64,000 bases of DNA from positions 140,833,861-140,897,860 of the forward strand of contig NC_068984.1 in assembly GCF_001194135.2 (NCBI RefSeq). The letters run 5' to 3'. The notes beneath the pieces are model-generated. The model was not told the origin of the DNA, ran no database searches, and was given only the letters and a program-made list of their open reading frames with translations. Position 1 is the first letter of the stretch; every line of letters starts with the position of its first letter. The position numbers and the translations under genes were made by a program. This document shows, in pieces, positions 63,023 through 64,000 of this stretch. The DNA comes from Octopus bimaculoides (lineage: Eukaryota).

Positions 63023-63957
63023 CACACTTTCCTTCTGGCAACTAAATTCATACATGGATTATTGATCAATGCAAGACAAAATAGAATATTTGAGTGCTGC
63101 ACTGTGGAATTGAACCTGAAACACATGGAGTTACGGATAAATATCTTGAGCTCACAGCCATGCTTGTTATTAGAAATATTTCCAATAGGAATGTAATTAG
63201 TTTGATTGGCTTAGTTAATTAGTTAATTCACTGAAGGAGGACATAATTTAGTTTGTCTGATGTAAAAACCATTGTGATTGTAGCTAAATAAATATATTAT
63301 ACTTGTATAGGCTTACGGCTAACTGATAACAGGGCCATGGTGGTGGTGGTGGTGGTAGTGGTGGTGATGGTGGTGGTGAGGGTGGTGNNNNNNNNNNNNN
63401 NNNNNNNNNNNNNNNNNNNNNNNNNNNNNNNNNNNNNNNNNNNNNGGTGGTGGTGGTGGTGACAGAGGTAGTGGTGGTGGTGGTGGTGGTGATGTCAGTA
63501 ATGGTAATGGTGGTGGCCTTGGTGATAGTAGTGGTGGTGGTGGTGATGGTGGTGGTCATAGTGGTGGTGGTGTGGAGTAATGATGACGAAGATGATGATG
63601 GTGATAAAGAATGTTACAATTAAAATTGAGGGAGGTGGGGGAGATGTATGAAAGGTGAGCGATGTGCAATGTTATTGTCGTTGTTCTGTTACTGATGACT
63701 GAGCAGACATGCTATCTCAGTCATTCCAACCATGACCATCACCACTTCCATTTAGAGATGATGTATATTACAGTACCTAATGTATCCTTACATATTTTTA
63801 AAAGACAGTGGGCATGGTTTGAGAAAGATTTAGCTGCTATTTCTAGCAAACAGAGCAGTCATGTATGACTTCCTGAGCTGGTTTATGAAAGTTTATGAAG
63901 AAAATGAATATATGACAGGTGTGCAAGGAGAAATTAAAGAAAAGGTGAGAAAAAATA

Positions 63958-63990
<33 letters not shown>

Positions 63991-64000
63991 GTGAATATAA

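Overview
Eukaryotic, AT-rich, repeat-saturated scaffold with about 13 N-gaps. It is very probably coleoid cephalopod (octopus-like); this is inferred from three tRNA-derived SINE families, an RTE LINE tail ending in (GAT)n, and dense (TA)n/(CA)n/(TATG)n/(AAT)n microsatellites. I found no intact protein-coding gene; most ORF-track entries are microsatellite, N-gap or repeat artefacts. Recognisable coding sequence is all decayed transposon: Penelope-like elements (N-terminal domain at 2-354; linker plus GIY-YIG at about 48825-49910), Helitron Rep/helicase, RTE LINE pieces, three restriction-like-endonuclease LINE ends, a CR1/L2-type RT piece, a hAT (Buster/Charlie) C-terminus and a Tc1/mariner (rosa-like) element with TIRs. 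A CpG-retaining stretch at about 54.4-55.2 kb may be a 5' exon of a minus-strand gene whose first intron would be most of the window (weak). The most interesting signal, read by eye, is about 11 hammerhead-ribozyme (HHR) motifs in several architectures: (i) a minimal family sharing an A6U core substitution, with copies upstream of both Penelope ORF remnants; (ii) two fold-backs, each made of two divergent HHRs with long stem II; (iii) a long-stem-II HHR downstream of the GIY-YIG ORF; (iv) a canonical HHR enclosed by 71-bp inverted repeats next to an RLE-LINE 3' end. All folds were done manually and none is computationally or experimentally verified.
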